DNA from: Opitutia bacterium
GTDB taxonomy: Bacteria > Verrucomicrobiota > Verrucomicrobiia > Opitutales > Opitutaceae
Direction of reading: 5' to 3'
DNA: 64,000 nt
NCBI GenBank assembly: GCA_947478395.1
Contig: CANJVR010000003.1
Span: 451,421-515,420, forward strand
A program made the translations under genes and the position numbers. Positions 39,061-48,432 of this stretch are shown piece after piece; within the stretch, counting starts at the first letter, position 1, and every line of letters begins with the position of its first letter. The notes under the pieces were generated by a model. That model searched no databases. It saw only the letters and a program-made list of their open reading frames with translations, and was not told the DNA's origin.

Positions 39061-39490
39061 GCCCCCTCTGATTTTCTCGCGAGGCGTCCCCGGCTTTCGC
39101 AACCGATTCCACCCGTGCAAAACAACACGATGCGCTGACCCTTGCGCTGGCGGGGCCGCCACTCAGCCGCAGCCGGGCCATCCGCAAGTTTTCGATCCCG
39201 GCCGGCACGGCACCGTGAAAGGTGCCCGGGCGGAGCGCATAATTGTTGCGGGTAGCGAGCGAGGTGATCGCCCGGCCCTGTTTGAGCCATCGCTGCAGCT
39301 TTCGCGAAGACGGCCGGGGGTTGGTGGCACCAGAATCCCTGGCTCGATCCACCGGCTACTTTGGGCTGGAACGCGACCTTGTAGCGTATTTGTAACACCG
39401 CACCGGTTGACGGTAAAAGCTGATGAATAAACTCTCTCTGCGTCGCCGCCTAGCGGCGACATAGTTTAGGTGTAAATAGGTTATAGTAGT

Positions 39491-39567
39491 GACCGGTCGG
39501 GTAGGGGTATCCGCTCGGTCGACCAAGAAAGTAATGGGCCGGTCGCGTAGGGGTACGCGACCGGCCC
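39491..39567. repeat. Two tandem hairpins sharing a GTA-GGGG-TA apex
   Basis: 39536-39567 is a perfect 14-bp IR (GGGCCGGTCGCGTA-gggg-TACGCGACCGGCCC); 39491-39520 is an imperfect sister hairpin. Confidence 0.8.
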
Positions 39568-40117
39568 TAATTTTTGGCCCAAGTGGAGCGCTGCACAAAC
39601 CGTACAGCGATCCAGCGTAAGCAGCACCGCTGGCGTGGGTCTCGTCGCATGCTACGCAGAACCTTCCTCCGACTCGCCCGCCGATCGCACGCCGGCCGCT
39701 CTTGATTATCAGCAGAACGGCATAGTTTTGCCCCAGAAAGCACATCACCTCGAAAAGCTCCTCACCGATGGCGACAAGACCGGTAAGTTCGACGACGAAT
39801 GGTGTGATCTGCTTTTAAAGCAGGATGCGCAGCAGGACCCGAAGCAATGGATCGGCAAGGTCATCGAGCAGCGCCGGGTGGCTCGGGGCTCAAGGTTGAT
39901 TTCGCCCGTTCGCCTCATTCATCACAAAAATGGTCCATTTGTCCTTTTTACGTTTTATTTATGGATCAATGTGGAGCATTCGAAGGGGTTTCTTAAATTT
40001 GAGGATCATTTTCTTAAGTTTCAGAAGATCCGCCATGAGTCACTGGGTCCGCGCGGGACCCAGCTAAACTGGCGGAGTTGGGCCCGAAGTTTCGCCCCTC
40101 GCGCACTTAATTTTTTA

Positions 40118-40879
40118 ATGCCTAATTTCATCCGATGCTTGATTGTGGACGGCGATGAAGAGGCGCGCGAGCAGTTCGGCGAGCGCTTAGCGGCTTACCC
40201 GGAAATCCTAGTGGTGGGCGCGGTGTCGACCGCGGCAGTAGCGATCCTGCAATGGAGTAAATTTGTCCCCGATGTTCTCTTTCTCGCTAACGCGCTCGTC
40301 GACCTTGATGAACTCTCCGCGGTGGGCCCATTGTCCTCGGTCCCCTATTTAACCGTGGTTCTGGCACGGGACGAAAGAGGGGCATTTGCCGCCCAGGAGA
40401 AAGGCGCAATCGATTTTCTGTTAACCCCTTTTTCACCCGCGAGGCTGTCTAAATCAGTCCAAAAGATCCGGACCGAGATAGCAGGTCGCGCGTCGCTCGG
40501 CGCGTTGGCACTTCGGCCAGCTGAGCCGATTTTGGAGCTAGTTAAGTTGCCGGGACGTGGTGGTGCTGTCGTGGTTAGAGCGAGCGAGCTCGCTCTGATC
40601 AAAGCCGAAGGCAACTACAGCCGGGTCGCCCGAACCATCGGTCCTCCGTTTTTTATACGACGGACGTTGGCCGCCTGGATAAAAAAGTTAGGGCCGGCTG
40701 GTTTTTTTCGGGTCGATCGATTTACGGTCGTTAACTTAACGCAGTTGTTGCGCTACGATAAGAAGCACCGGGATCAGGCGCTACTTTATGTACGGGGCTT
40801 GAAAGAGCCGCTGCTGCTCGGGAGACGAGCTATTCTGCGCCTGGACCGGGAAAACAAGGCGCGCCTAGCGCCCCCTTGA
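40118..40879 (+). CDS. LytTR-family response regulator with degenerate (pseudo) receiver domain
   Basis: IRCLIVDGD, PDVLFLA, AIDFLLTPF receiver; IKAEGNYS, FFRVDRFTVVNL LytTR domain. The longer track ORF from 39635 is probably over-extended. Confidence 0.82.
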   Translation: MPNFIRCLIVDGDEEAREQFGERLAAYPEILVVGAVSTAAVAILQWSKFVPDVLFLANALVDLDELSAVGPLSSVPYLTVVLARDERGAFAAQEKGAIDFLLTPFSPARLSKSVQKIRTEIAGRASLGALALRPAEPILELVKLPGRGGAVVVRASELALIKAEGNYSRVARTIGPPFFIRRTLAAWIKKLGPAGFFRVDRFTVVNLTQLLRYDKKHRDQALLYVRGLKEPLLLGRRAILRLDRENKARLAPP

Positions 40880-41055
40880 TCGGCTGATTGAGGGCATGAC
40901 CGGCCTCGATCGACGGTAGCCCGTCGCCCACGGGTGAGGCCCTTAGCGAACGTCCGCGCCGCGGGGCGTTTCAGCCCGGTTCCGCGCCTCGTTCGTCAAC
41001 TAATTGGGTCACTCGTCACACGCAATTTTACTTATCGTGGCCGCAGGGCGATCTA

Positions 41056-44000
41056 GTGGGAAAATTTACAAATAATTTACCCGTGTTCTGCAGGCTCAAA
41101 GTCCATTTCATTATCGCGATCGTGGCGTTGGCCGCGTTCAGCCGCCCCGTTCTCGCCGCAACATCAACCTACACGGATGGACAAAACGTAGTGTACACGT
41201 ACACCGTCGTAGCATCGCCTAGCGTTGGCACGGCCACGGTGACCAGTAGCGCTGGCGCCACGGGTAGTATCACCATCCCGGCGTCGTTTACGGCTGGTGC
41301 GCCCGCGGTGACCTATAATGTCACGGCTATCGCGGCCAGTGCGTTTGCATCTAATACCGCGATTACGAGTGTCACGATTTCCAATAAAGTAACTAGTATT
41401 GGTGCGAACGCATTTCAAGGGTGCACGGGCCTTACGAGCGTTACAATCTCCAGTGGTGGTACAGCCTTGACTCTAGGGAACTATTCTTTTGCCGGCTGCA
41501 CAGGCCTCACGAGTATGACGATGCCTAACCATGTGAATGTCCTTGGGACTTATGTTTTCTCTGGTTGTACGAGTCTGGCGAGCGTAACGCTTTCCACGGC
41601 GTTAACGAGTATCAATAGCTACGACTTCCTGAACTGTACTGGGCTAACCAGTATCACATTCCCCAGCTCCATAACCACGATTGTTTCAGGTGCTTTTTAT
41701 GGCTGCTCGGGTCTCACAAGTTTAACGATCCCAAATACAGTCTCGGCCATTAATAGTTCTGCGTTTCAAAACTGCTCTGGTCTGACCAGTTTGACGCTTT
41801 CCACTCATTCGTCATTAACTACCCTTAGCGCCTATGCGTTTGCTGGCTGCACTAGGCTGACTAGTTTAACTATTCCGAGTAATATTACCACTATTGGTCA
41901 GGCTGCGTTCAGCGGGTTGACCGGATTGACCGCTATAAACATCCCAGCAACGGTCACAAGTCTGGGCCAAAGTGCCTTTAACGGATGCACGAATGTGACC
42001 TCACTGGTACTTGAAAGCGGAACGACTCTGTCGATTGGTGAACAAGCGTTTTATAATCTAACCAAGCTGACCAGTCTTTCCATCCCAAGTAGCGTAACAA
42101 GCATCGGGAACTCCGCGTTTTCTGGTTGTATAGCTCTGTCGAGTTGCACCATGGCGAGCGGGGTTACAAGCATTGGAACCTACGCGTTTCTGAACTGTGT
42201 TTTGTTGCCCAACCTCGTGATACCGAACACGGTCGCGAGCATCGGATCTAATGTCTTTCAGGGCTGCAGTGTCTTGTCCAGCGTGACGCTGCCGACCAAT
42301 CCGTCTTTCACCAGCCTGGCCGCGAGCACGTTTCAAAACTGCGGGGCTTTGACCAGTGTGATCATTCCGAGCTCGGTGACGAGCATCGCGTCCGCGGCGT
42401 TCAGCAGTTGCTCTAAATTGCGCTCGGTCTCCTTTCTGGGTAATGCGCCCTCAGTGGTTGCAGGTGCATTTACTAGTGTCCCGGCAGCGGGCTATTACTT
42501 GAATACGGCGACCGGTTGGAGCACGCCGTTTGACAGTTTGCCCATGACAAGCGTGACGAGCATGGCCGTATCGGGTGATTTTAATTACGTGATCGATGCC
42601 GCGGGGGCTAAGGTGATCAGCTACGTGGGCACCGCTACGACCGTGTCGATACCGAGCACCCTCGGTGGGTCTGCGGTGACGAGCATCGGAGGCTCGGCTT
42701 TTCTTTCCTGCACGCTCATCACCTCGGTGACGATCCCTAGCGGGGTCACGAGCATCGGGGACAAGGCGTTTAAATCCAATTCCGCGCTGACGAATGTGAC
42801 GATTCCCAGCACGGTCACGAGTATCGGAGCCAGTGCGTTTTATAGCTGTGCTCGATTAGGCGGCTTTTACTTCCTCGGGAACGCGCCCACGTTAGGACTA
42901 AGTGCATTTACCAATACGGTGGCAGCGGGGTACTACCTGAGTTCAACCACGGGATGGAGCAATCCCTATGGTGATTTGACCATGACGGGAGTGACGATCA
43001 TGGCCACGGCAGGCGATTATACCTACGTCGATGCCGGCGCGGGCGCGATGATCACAGGCTATAGCGGCGCAGGTGGCGCCGTGACCGCCCCCAGCACGCT
43101 CGGAGGGCGTGCCGTCAATAGCATCGGTTCCACGGCGTTTCTCTATAAGACTTCACTTACAAGTATGACGATCCCCAGCGGGGTCACAAGTATCGGCAGT
43201 ATGGCCTTTGTCGGCTGTACGAGCCTGACCGCTACGAGCATCCCGAGCACGGTCACGAGTATCGGTTCGACCGCGTTTTATAACTGTACGGTCTTGGCTA
43301 ACGTGACCCTTCCTCGTCTGCTCACAAGCATCGAGGCTAGTACGTTTCAAGGCTGTCGAAGCCTTACCGTTGTAACGATCCCGAGTGCGGTCACGAGCAT
43401 AGGAGCGGCCGCCTTTTATGGGTGCACCGGTTTAACGGCAGTATATTTTCAGGGTGATGCCCCAACGGGTATAACGGGTATATTTACCTCGGTCACGGCA
43501 CCAGGCTACCGGGCGAGTGCCGCGACGGGTTGGACGAGCACCTATTATGGTCTGACGATGACGGCGCAAAGCCGGCCGACCGTAACGACGCCGACCAGCG
43601 CAAGCGTCGCCACGAGCACGGCGACCTTAGGCGGAACGGTCACGGCCGCCGGTGATACGAGCCTACTCGACGTGGGTGTGGTCTATGCGCCCACGGCGTC
43701 TAATCCCGCCCCGCAACTCGACGGGACCAGCGTCACCAATCTCACTAGCACTGCCGCTACTGGGGTCATGGCGCTGAGTGCGACCGGACTCACGGCTGGC
43801 ACGGAGTACAGCTACGCCGCCTACGCGACGAATAGTGTCGGCACCACGTACACGTCCGTGGCCGCGATCACGACCGGACCGGTACCGACCCTTACCTTTG
43901 CGACCCCGACCGCGGCCACGGTGACCAATGGGGCCACGCTGAGTAATACCGCAACGTCCACGCTCTCGGGCGCTGGCTATGGGGCGATCAGTTACACCAG

Positions 44001-47000
44001 CGGTGCGCTCAGTATCGCTACGGTCGATGCTGCGACCGGACTTGTGACGGCGGTGAGCGCCGGCACGACCACGATCACCGCGACGCAAGCGCTCGCTGCG
44101 GGGTATAATAATACCGGCTCGAATACTTATGTGCTCACCGTGGGCAAAGCGACGCCGACGGTTACGTGGGCGACGCCGAGTGCCATCACGTATGGCACGG
44201 CACTTTCTGCGACGCAGCTCAACGCAACCGGGAGCGTGCCCGGTACGATCGTGTACAGCCCTGCGAGTGGTACAACGCCGAGCGTGGGAACGTCGACGTT
44301 GACGGCGACGTTCACGCCGACGGACACGGCTAACTACGACGGCGCGAGCGGTACGGTGTCCCTCATCGTGAATAAAGCGACGCCGACGGTTACGTGGGCG
44401 ACGCCGAGTGCCATCACGTACGGCACGGCACTTTCTGCGACGCAGCTCAACGCAACCGGGAGCGTGCCCGGTACGATCGTGTACAGCCCTGCGAGTGGCA
44501 CGACGCCGAGCGTGGGAACGTCGACGTTGACCGCGACGTTCACGCCGACGGATACGGCCAATTACAACGGAGCAAGTCGCACGGTTTCCCTCGTCGTGAG
44601 TAAAGCGACGCCGACGGTTACGTGGGAGACCCCGAGTGGGATTAGCTACGGTAACGCACTCTCTGAGACGCAGCTCAACGCAACCGCGAGCGTGGCCGGT
44701 GCGATCGTGTACAGCCCTGCGAGTGGTACGACGCCGGGCGTGGGAACGTCGACGTTGACCGCGACGTTTACGCCGACGGATACAGCCAACTACAACGGCG
44801 CGAGCGGTACGGTGTCCCTCGTCGTGAGTAAAGCGACGCCGAGCCTCACCTGGGCGACGCCGAGTGCCATCACGTATGGCACGGCACTCTCTGCGACGCA
44901 GCTCAACGCAACTGCGAGCGTGGCTGGTGCGATCGTGTACAGCCCTGCGAGTGGTACGACGCCAAGCGTGGGAACGCAGACCTTGACGGCGACGTTCACG
45001 CCGACGGACACGGCCAACTATGACTCTGCGAGTGCCTCGGTTGCGCTCGCGGTGGTCGTGGCCGCTCCCGGTGCGCCCACGGCGATTTCCGCGACCACAG
45101 CCAATGGCGAAGCCACGGTCACCTTCACGGCGCCCAGCAACACGGGCAGCAGTGCAATCACCAGCTTCACGATCTGCGCCACAGCGACCGATGGCAGCAC
45201 GGTTTCGGTCACGGCGACGGGCTCACCGGCGAAGATCACCGGCCTCACACCGGGTAAGTCCTACAGCTTCACGGTGACCGCGAACAACAGTGCTGGATCA
45301 AGTGATACCAGCACCCCCACGGATGAACTCACGATCAGTCTGTTAAACCAGACGATCACCTTCCCGGCGCTCGCAGACCGCGAGCACAACAGTGGATCTT
45401 TTGCACTTTCAGCCACGACGAGCTTAGGCTTGCCGGTCACCTACACTATTATGAGCGGCCCAGCGCTGCTCACCGGCAACATCGTCGATCTCACCGGCGC
45501 GCTTGGCCCGGTGTTGATTCGGGCGAGCCAAGCGGGCAACGCGACCTGCGCCGCGGCACCCGACGTGGAGGCCTCCTTCCTCGTCACTGAAGGGCTCACT
45601 CGGGCGATCTTTAGCAAAGTGATCAACCCCGCCACGCAAAAGCCAGAGGCCGATTTGGTCCTCGTTCTCCAAAATAATTCAAGCCAAGGCACCTTGATGA
45701 TCGGTTCGACGACCACTCAGGGCCTCAATGGGGTCGTGGCGGTTGAGTTGGGTGCAGCCGGGGTGTTTATCGCCGAGTTAAAACCCTATACGATCACCGG
45801 TAGTTTAACCGATAATGTTCTTTCGGGCACCGTGGCCCCGCTGGGTTTAACTTTCCGCGCGGTGGTCGTAGCCTCGGGAAGCACGCCTTCCAAAGCGGTC
45901 GGGTTCTATGCCGCGAATGCGTTAGGGGAAAACAGGGGCAGCATCTATGCCGCGGTGGGCGCCAACAATGAGGTCCTGCTATTAACTGAAAACGACCAGG
46001 CCGTAATCAGCGGGCTCACGACGCTCAAAGCCGATAATACCCTCTCTTTCACGACGACCACCGCGACGGGCAGTGCGATCATCACCGGCGATATCAACCC
46101 AGTCACCACGGTTATTAACGGCGTGCTCACGCTCGCCAACAACCCGGCGGTAAGTCTCGCGGGCCTGAGCGTGGCCACCACCCACACCGATCGCCTCATC
46201 AACTTGTCCTCGCGCGCCAAAGTCGGCCCCGGGGAAGCGGTCCTCATCACCGGTTTTGTGGTCGGTGGTTCGGAGTCGAAACGGGTGCTGATCCGTGCCG
46301 TCGGTCCTGCGCTCGGCGCCTTTGGTTTGGCGAACACGTTGCCCAACCCCGCAATTAAGATCTATCGAGGCTCAAACCTCATCGCGCAAAACGATGATTG
46401 GAACCCAGCCGACGCCGCGGAAATGGCCCGCCTTGGCGCGTTCTCACTCCTCAACATCCGTGGCAAAGAAGCCACCAGCAATGACGCCGCCCTCTTTGCG
46501 ACGCTCGCGCCCGGCGCCTACACCGCGCTGATCACTGACCCCAGTGGCACGGGCACAGGAGTCGCCCTCGCGGAAATCTACGACGCCAGTGTGAATCCCA
46601 ATGCGGATTATCAGCGGCTCGTGAACATTTCCAGTCGGGGCAAAGTCACGCCAGATGACGGCGTCTTGATCGGCGGCTTCATCGTGACGGGTAATGCCCC
46701 AAAGACGCTGCTCATCCGTGGTGTTGGACCGACCCTTACCGCCTTCGGCATCGCCGGCGCACTCGCCGATCCCGCTCTCACGATCTACCGCGATAGCAAA
46801 GTCATCGCGACCAACGAAGGTTGGGCGAACAGTGCGGCCATCGCGACGGCGGCGATTCAGACCGGTGCGTTTACGTTACCCAGTGGCAGCAAAGACGCGG
46901 CCGTGTTGGTGACCTTGAATCCCGGCGCTTACACCGCGCTGATCAAATCAGCGAAAAACGCATCCTCGGGCGTGGCCCTGATCGAGATCTACGAGGTGCC

Positions 47001-47004
47001 GTAA
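41056..47004 (+). CDS. Giant secreted surface protein: BspA-type LRRs, Ig/MBG-like repeats, FN3, Opitutus-type C-terminal module
   Basis: Signal-like N-terminus; many IPSSVTSIG..AF..C..LTS repeats; four 76-aa KATPTVTW repeats; FN3 APGAPT...GLTPGKSYSFTVTA; duplicated RLINLSSRA/RLVNISSRG domains ending ALIEIYEVP. Confidence 0.9.
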   Translation: MGKFTNNLPVFCRLKVHFIIAIVALAAFSRPVLAATSTYTDGQNVVYTYTVVASPSVGTATVTSSAGATGSITIPASFTAGAPAVTYNVTAIAASAFASNTAITSVTISNKVTSIGANAFQGCTGLTSVTISSGGTALTLGNYSFAGCTGLTSMTMPNHVNVLGTYVFSGCTSLASVTLSTALTSINSYDFLNCTGLTSITFPSSITTIVSGAFYGCSGLTSLTIPNTVSAINSSAFQNCSGLTSLTLSTHSSLTTLSAYAFAGCTRLTSLTIPSNITTIGQAAFSGLTGLTAINIPATVTSLGQSAFNGCTNVTSLVLESGTTLSIGEQAFYNLTKLTSLSIPSSVTSIGNSAFSGCIALSSCTMASGVTSIGTYAFLNCVLLPNLVIPNTVASIGSNVFQGCSVLSSVTLPTNPSFTSLAASTFQNCGALTSVIIPSSVTSIASAAFSSCSKLRSVSFLGNAPSVVAGAFTSVPAAGYYLNTATGWSTPFDSLPMTSVTSMAVSGDFNYVIDAAGAKVISYVGTATTVSIPSTLGGSAVTSIGGSAFLSCTLITSVTIPSGVTSIGDKAFKSNSALTNVTIPSTVTSIGASAFYSCARLGGFYFLGNAPTLGLSAFTNTVAAGYYLSSTTGWSNPYGDLTMTGVTIMATAGDYTYVDAGAGAMITGYSGAGGAVTAPSTLGGRAVNSIGSTAFLYKTSLTSMTIPSGVTSIGSMAFVGCTSLTATSIPSTVTSIGSTAFYNCTVLANVTLPRLLTSIEASTFQGCRSLTVVTIPSAVTSIGAAAFYGCTGLTAVYFQGDAPTGITGIFTSVTAPGYRASAATGWTSTYYGLTMTAQSRPTVTTPTSASVATSTATLGGTVTAAGDTSLLDVGVVYAPTASNPAPQLDGTSVTNLTSTAATGVMALSATGLTAGTEYSYAAYATNSVGTTYTSVAAITTGPVPTLTFATPTAATVTNGATLSNTATSTLSGAGYGAISYTSGALSIATVDAATGLVTAVSAGTTTITATQALAAGYNNTGSNTYVLTVGKATPTVTWATPSAITYGTALSATQLNATGSVPGTIVYSPASGTTPSVGTSTLTATFTPTDTANYDGASGTVSLIVNKATPTVTWATPSAITYGTALSATQLNATGSVPGTIVYSPASGTTPSVGTSTLTATFTPTDTANYNGASRTVSLVVSKATPTVTWETPSGISYGNALSETQLNATASVAGAIVYSPASGTTPGVGTSTLTATFTPTDTANYNGASGTVSLVVSKATPSLTWATPSAITYGTALSATQLNATASVAGAIVYSPASGTTPSVGTQTLTATFTPTDTANYDSASASVALAVVVAAPGAPTAISATTANGEATVTFTAPSNTGSSAITSFTICATATDGSTVSVTATGSPAKITGLTPGKSYSFTVTANNSAGSSDTSTPTDELTISLLNQTITFPALADREHNSGSFALSATTSLGLPVTYTIMSGPALLTGNIVDLTGALGPVLIRASQAGNATCAAAPDVEASFLVTEGLTRAIFSKVINPATQKPEADLVLVLQNNSSQGTLMIGSTTTQGLNGVVAVELGAAGVFIAELKPYTITGSLTDNVLSGTVAPLGLTFRAVVVASGSTPSKAVGFYAANALGENRGSIYAAVGANNEVLLLTENDQAVISGLTTLKADNTLSFTTTTATGSAIITGDINPVTTVINGVLTLANNPAVSLAGLSVATTHTDRLINLSSRAKVGPGEAVLITGFVVGGSESKRVLIRAVGPALGAFGLANTLPNPAIKIYRGSNLIAQNDDWNPADAAEMARLGAFSLLNIRGKEATSNDAALFATLAPGAYTALITDPSGTGTGVALAEIYDASVNPNADYQRLVNISSRGKVTPDDGVLIGGFIVTGNAPKTLLIRGVGPTLTAFGIAGALADPALTIYRDSKVIATNEGWANSAAIATAAIQTGAFTLPSGSKDAAVLVTLNPGAYTALIKSAKNASSGVALIEIYEVP
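44146..45057 (+). repeat. Four tandem 228-bp intragenic repeats (76-aa Ig/MBG-like domain)
   Basis: Units start with AAAGCGACGCCGA at 44146, 44374, 44602 and 44830 and are highly similar at DNA level. Confidence 0.92.
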
Positions 47005-47198
47005 GGCCGTCCCTCATAGTCTACGCCAATCTCTAATTTATATTTCTGTAGTGTTATATGGATCAATCCAAGCAATCCGGTTCCTCAATTAAAAGCCGCG
47101 CAGGGCTGCACTATGGCCCCGAGTTGCTCCGTCTCATCGAAAGCGTGGACTTTCGTAGTCACTTTGAAATCGAAGGGTGGCCCATCGCGACAAAACGA

Positions 47199-47400
47199 CT
47201 CGAGCCTTTCAGTGTATCGAACACGATCTTGGCGAACATGGTATCGACGGGCTAGCTTAGCGGTCTTGCTGCACCACGCGCCCCTTCCGCTTCTCGCCCG
47301 CGATCTCATCCCCGGTCGCACGCTGGGTACGTTGAATAACTCCATCGGCGTGAACGGGCACGATGGGTTATAAAAATGGTGGAGGTGGCGGGAGTTGAAC
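47199..47400 (-). mobile_element. att-like junction copy A: conserved left arm plus tmRNA 3'-end core
   Basis: Core 47377-47400 TGGTGGAGGTGGCGGGAGTTGAAC is the reverse complement of GTTCAACTCCCGCCACCTCCACCA (tmRNA T-arm/acceptor end). The left arm aligns with 63399-63560. Confidence 0.8.
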
Positions 47401-47574
47401 CGGGCTTACCGGGGTCTTTTAATGACACTATTGCCCTCAACGTTTTACCGAGTAAACTTGGGGTGTTCTCGCGCAGGTTCGATCTAGGTAAACGGATATC
47501 TGGCGTTAGACCGTGTCGGCTGAGATCTTCTCCAACATCCTTGCGTTGGGACGCGTATTTGGCCACCGTGACCC

Positions 47575-47793
47575 ATGCTTAACTGGTCAGAATGTTCCGC
47601 CGTCGATCGGGCGCCCGGAAAGGTCAGCGGCGCCTGGCTTTTCAAGGGCACGCGTGTTCCGGTAAAGGCACTTTTCGAGAATCTTGAAAGCGGAGCAACT
47701 GTAGAGGATTTTTTGGAATGGTTTCCTGGAGTGAGTCGGGAGCAAATCGAGGCCGTGTTGGACCACGCGCAGCGCAGCCTCGTTGAGGCTTAA
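47575..47793 (+). CDS. DUF433 family antitoxin
   Basis: PGKVSGAWLFKGTRVPV..LFENLESGATVEDFLEWFPGVSREQI. Confidence 0.9.
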   Translation: MLNWSECSAVDRAPGKVSGAWLFKGTRVPVKALFENLESGATVEDFLEWFPGVSREQIEAVLDHAQRSLVEA

Positions 47794-47797
47794 AGGA

Positions 47798-48142
47798 GTG
47801 AAGATACTTTTCGATCAAGGCACACCTGTGCCGCTGCGCCGCTTTCTGGCTTCACACGAGGTGGTGACAGCTTTTGACCGCGGCTGGGGCGAACTACAAA
47901 ATGGTGACTTATTGCGCGCAGCAGAGGCGGATGGCTTTGCCGCCATCATTACGACGGATCAAAATCTTCGCTATCAGCAGCACCTGCCCAGCCGCCGACT
48001 AGCGATACTTGTCTTGCTTACCACGGATTGGCGGCGCATCCGGCAAGACGCTGATTCCGTCGTTCAAGCAGTGGCGTCTTTGTCCTCAGGGGATTACGTT
48101 GAGTTACCCATCCGATCTTTGCCTAAGCCCGAACCGAGGTAG
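47798..48142 (+). CDS. PIN-like toxin (DUF5615/VapC45-type), partner of DUF433
   Basis: KILFDQGTP, NGDLLRAAE, IITTDQNLRYQQ; adjacent to DUF433. Confidence 0.85.
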   Translation: MKILFDQGTPVPLRRFLASHEVVTAFDRGWGELQNGDLLRAAEADGFAAIITTDQNLRYQQHLPSRRLAILVLLTTDWRRIRQDADSVVQAVASLSSGDYVELPIRSLPKPEPR

Positions 48143-48223
48143 GAGGCTCTCTTGATGCATTGCGGCACTCATCAAGATCTATGAAGTGCCGCAACTTTCC
48201 TCGTCACCCATCCGCTGCCAGCA

Positions 48224-48415
48224 CGCGATCTCTCCCCCTGTCACTCGCCGGGTACGTTGAGTAATCCCATCGGCGCGAACGCGCGCGATGGGGCCTGAAA
48301 ATGGTGGAGGTCGTGGGATTTCAAACCGGATTATATAGTGATCGAAATCTCCGGGATTGAGGTAACTGAATCACGCTCAGCTACGCGGCGCTTTTGGCGT
48401 TTTGCCAGTGCGGGC
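48224..48415 (-). mobile_element. att-like junction copy B: partial left arm, tmRNA-end core and right arm
   Basis: CGCGATCTCTCCCCCTGTC...GGTACGTTGAGTAATCCCATCGGCGCGAACGCGCGCGATGGGGCCTGAAAATGGTGGAGGT is nearly identical to 63487-63574. The right arm GTAACTGAATCACGCTCAGC...GGCGTTTTGCCAGTG matches copies C and D. Confidence 0.82.
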
Positions 48416-48432
48416 ACGCATCTTCCGCGGGA

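Noticed and set aside
39195..39270. c-di-GMP-I riboswitch-like GGCACC-gtgaaa-GGTGCC hairpin
   Set aside because: Lacks the GGCAAA and GACGCAAAGC consensus elements and has no adjacent downstream gene.
39635..40117. N-terminal extension making a 414-aa LytTR fusion
   Set aside because: The receiver domain starts at ATG 40118; the intervening AT-rich stretch looks non-coding.
44146..45057. CRISPR array or DGR template/variable repeats
   Set aside because: In-frame 228-bp domain repeats without spacers; no cas or reverse transcriptase gene in the window.
47199..47255. Shared peptide end LEPFSVSNTILANMVSTG* / LKPYGASNTISADMVSTG* in junction copies A and D
   Set aside because: Six non-synonymous versus one synonymous difference, so not conserved as protein in this frame.
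47377..47400. Intact tRNA or tmRNA gene
   Set aside because: Only the last ~24 nt are present; the 5' T-stem strand and the rest of the gene are missing in every copy.
47376..47582. ORFs starting MVEVAGVEP / MVEVVGVET (also 63564-63851)
   Set aside because: Artefacts of reading the reverse-complemented tmRNA 3' end.
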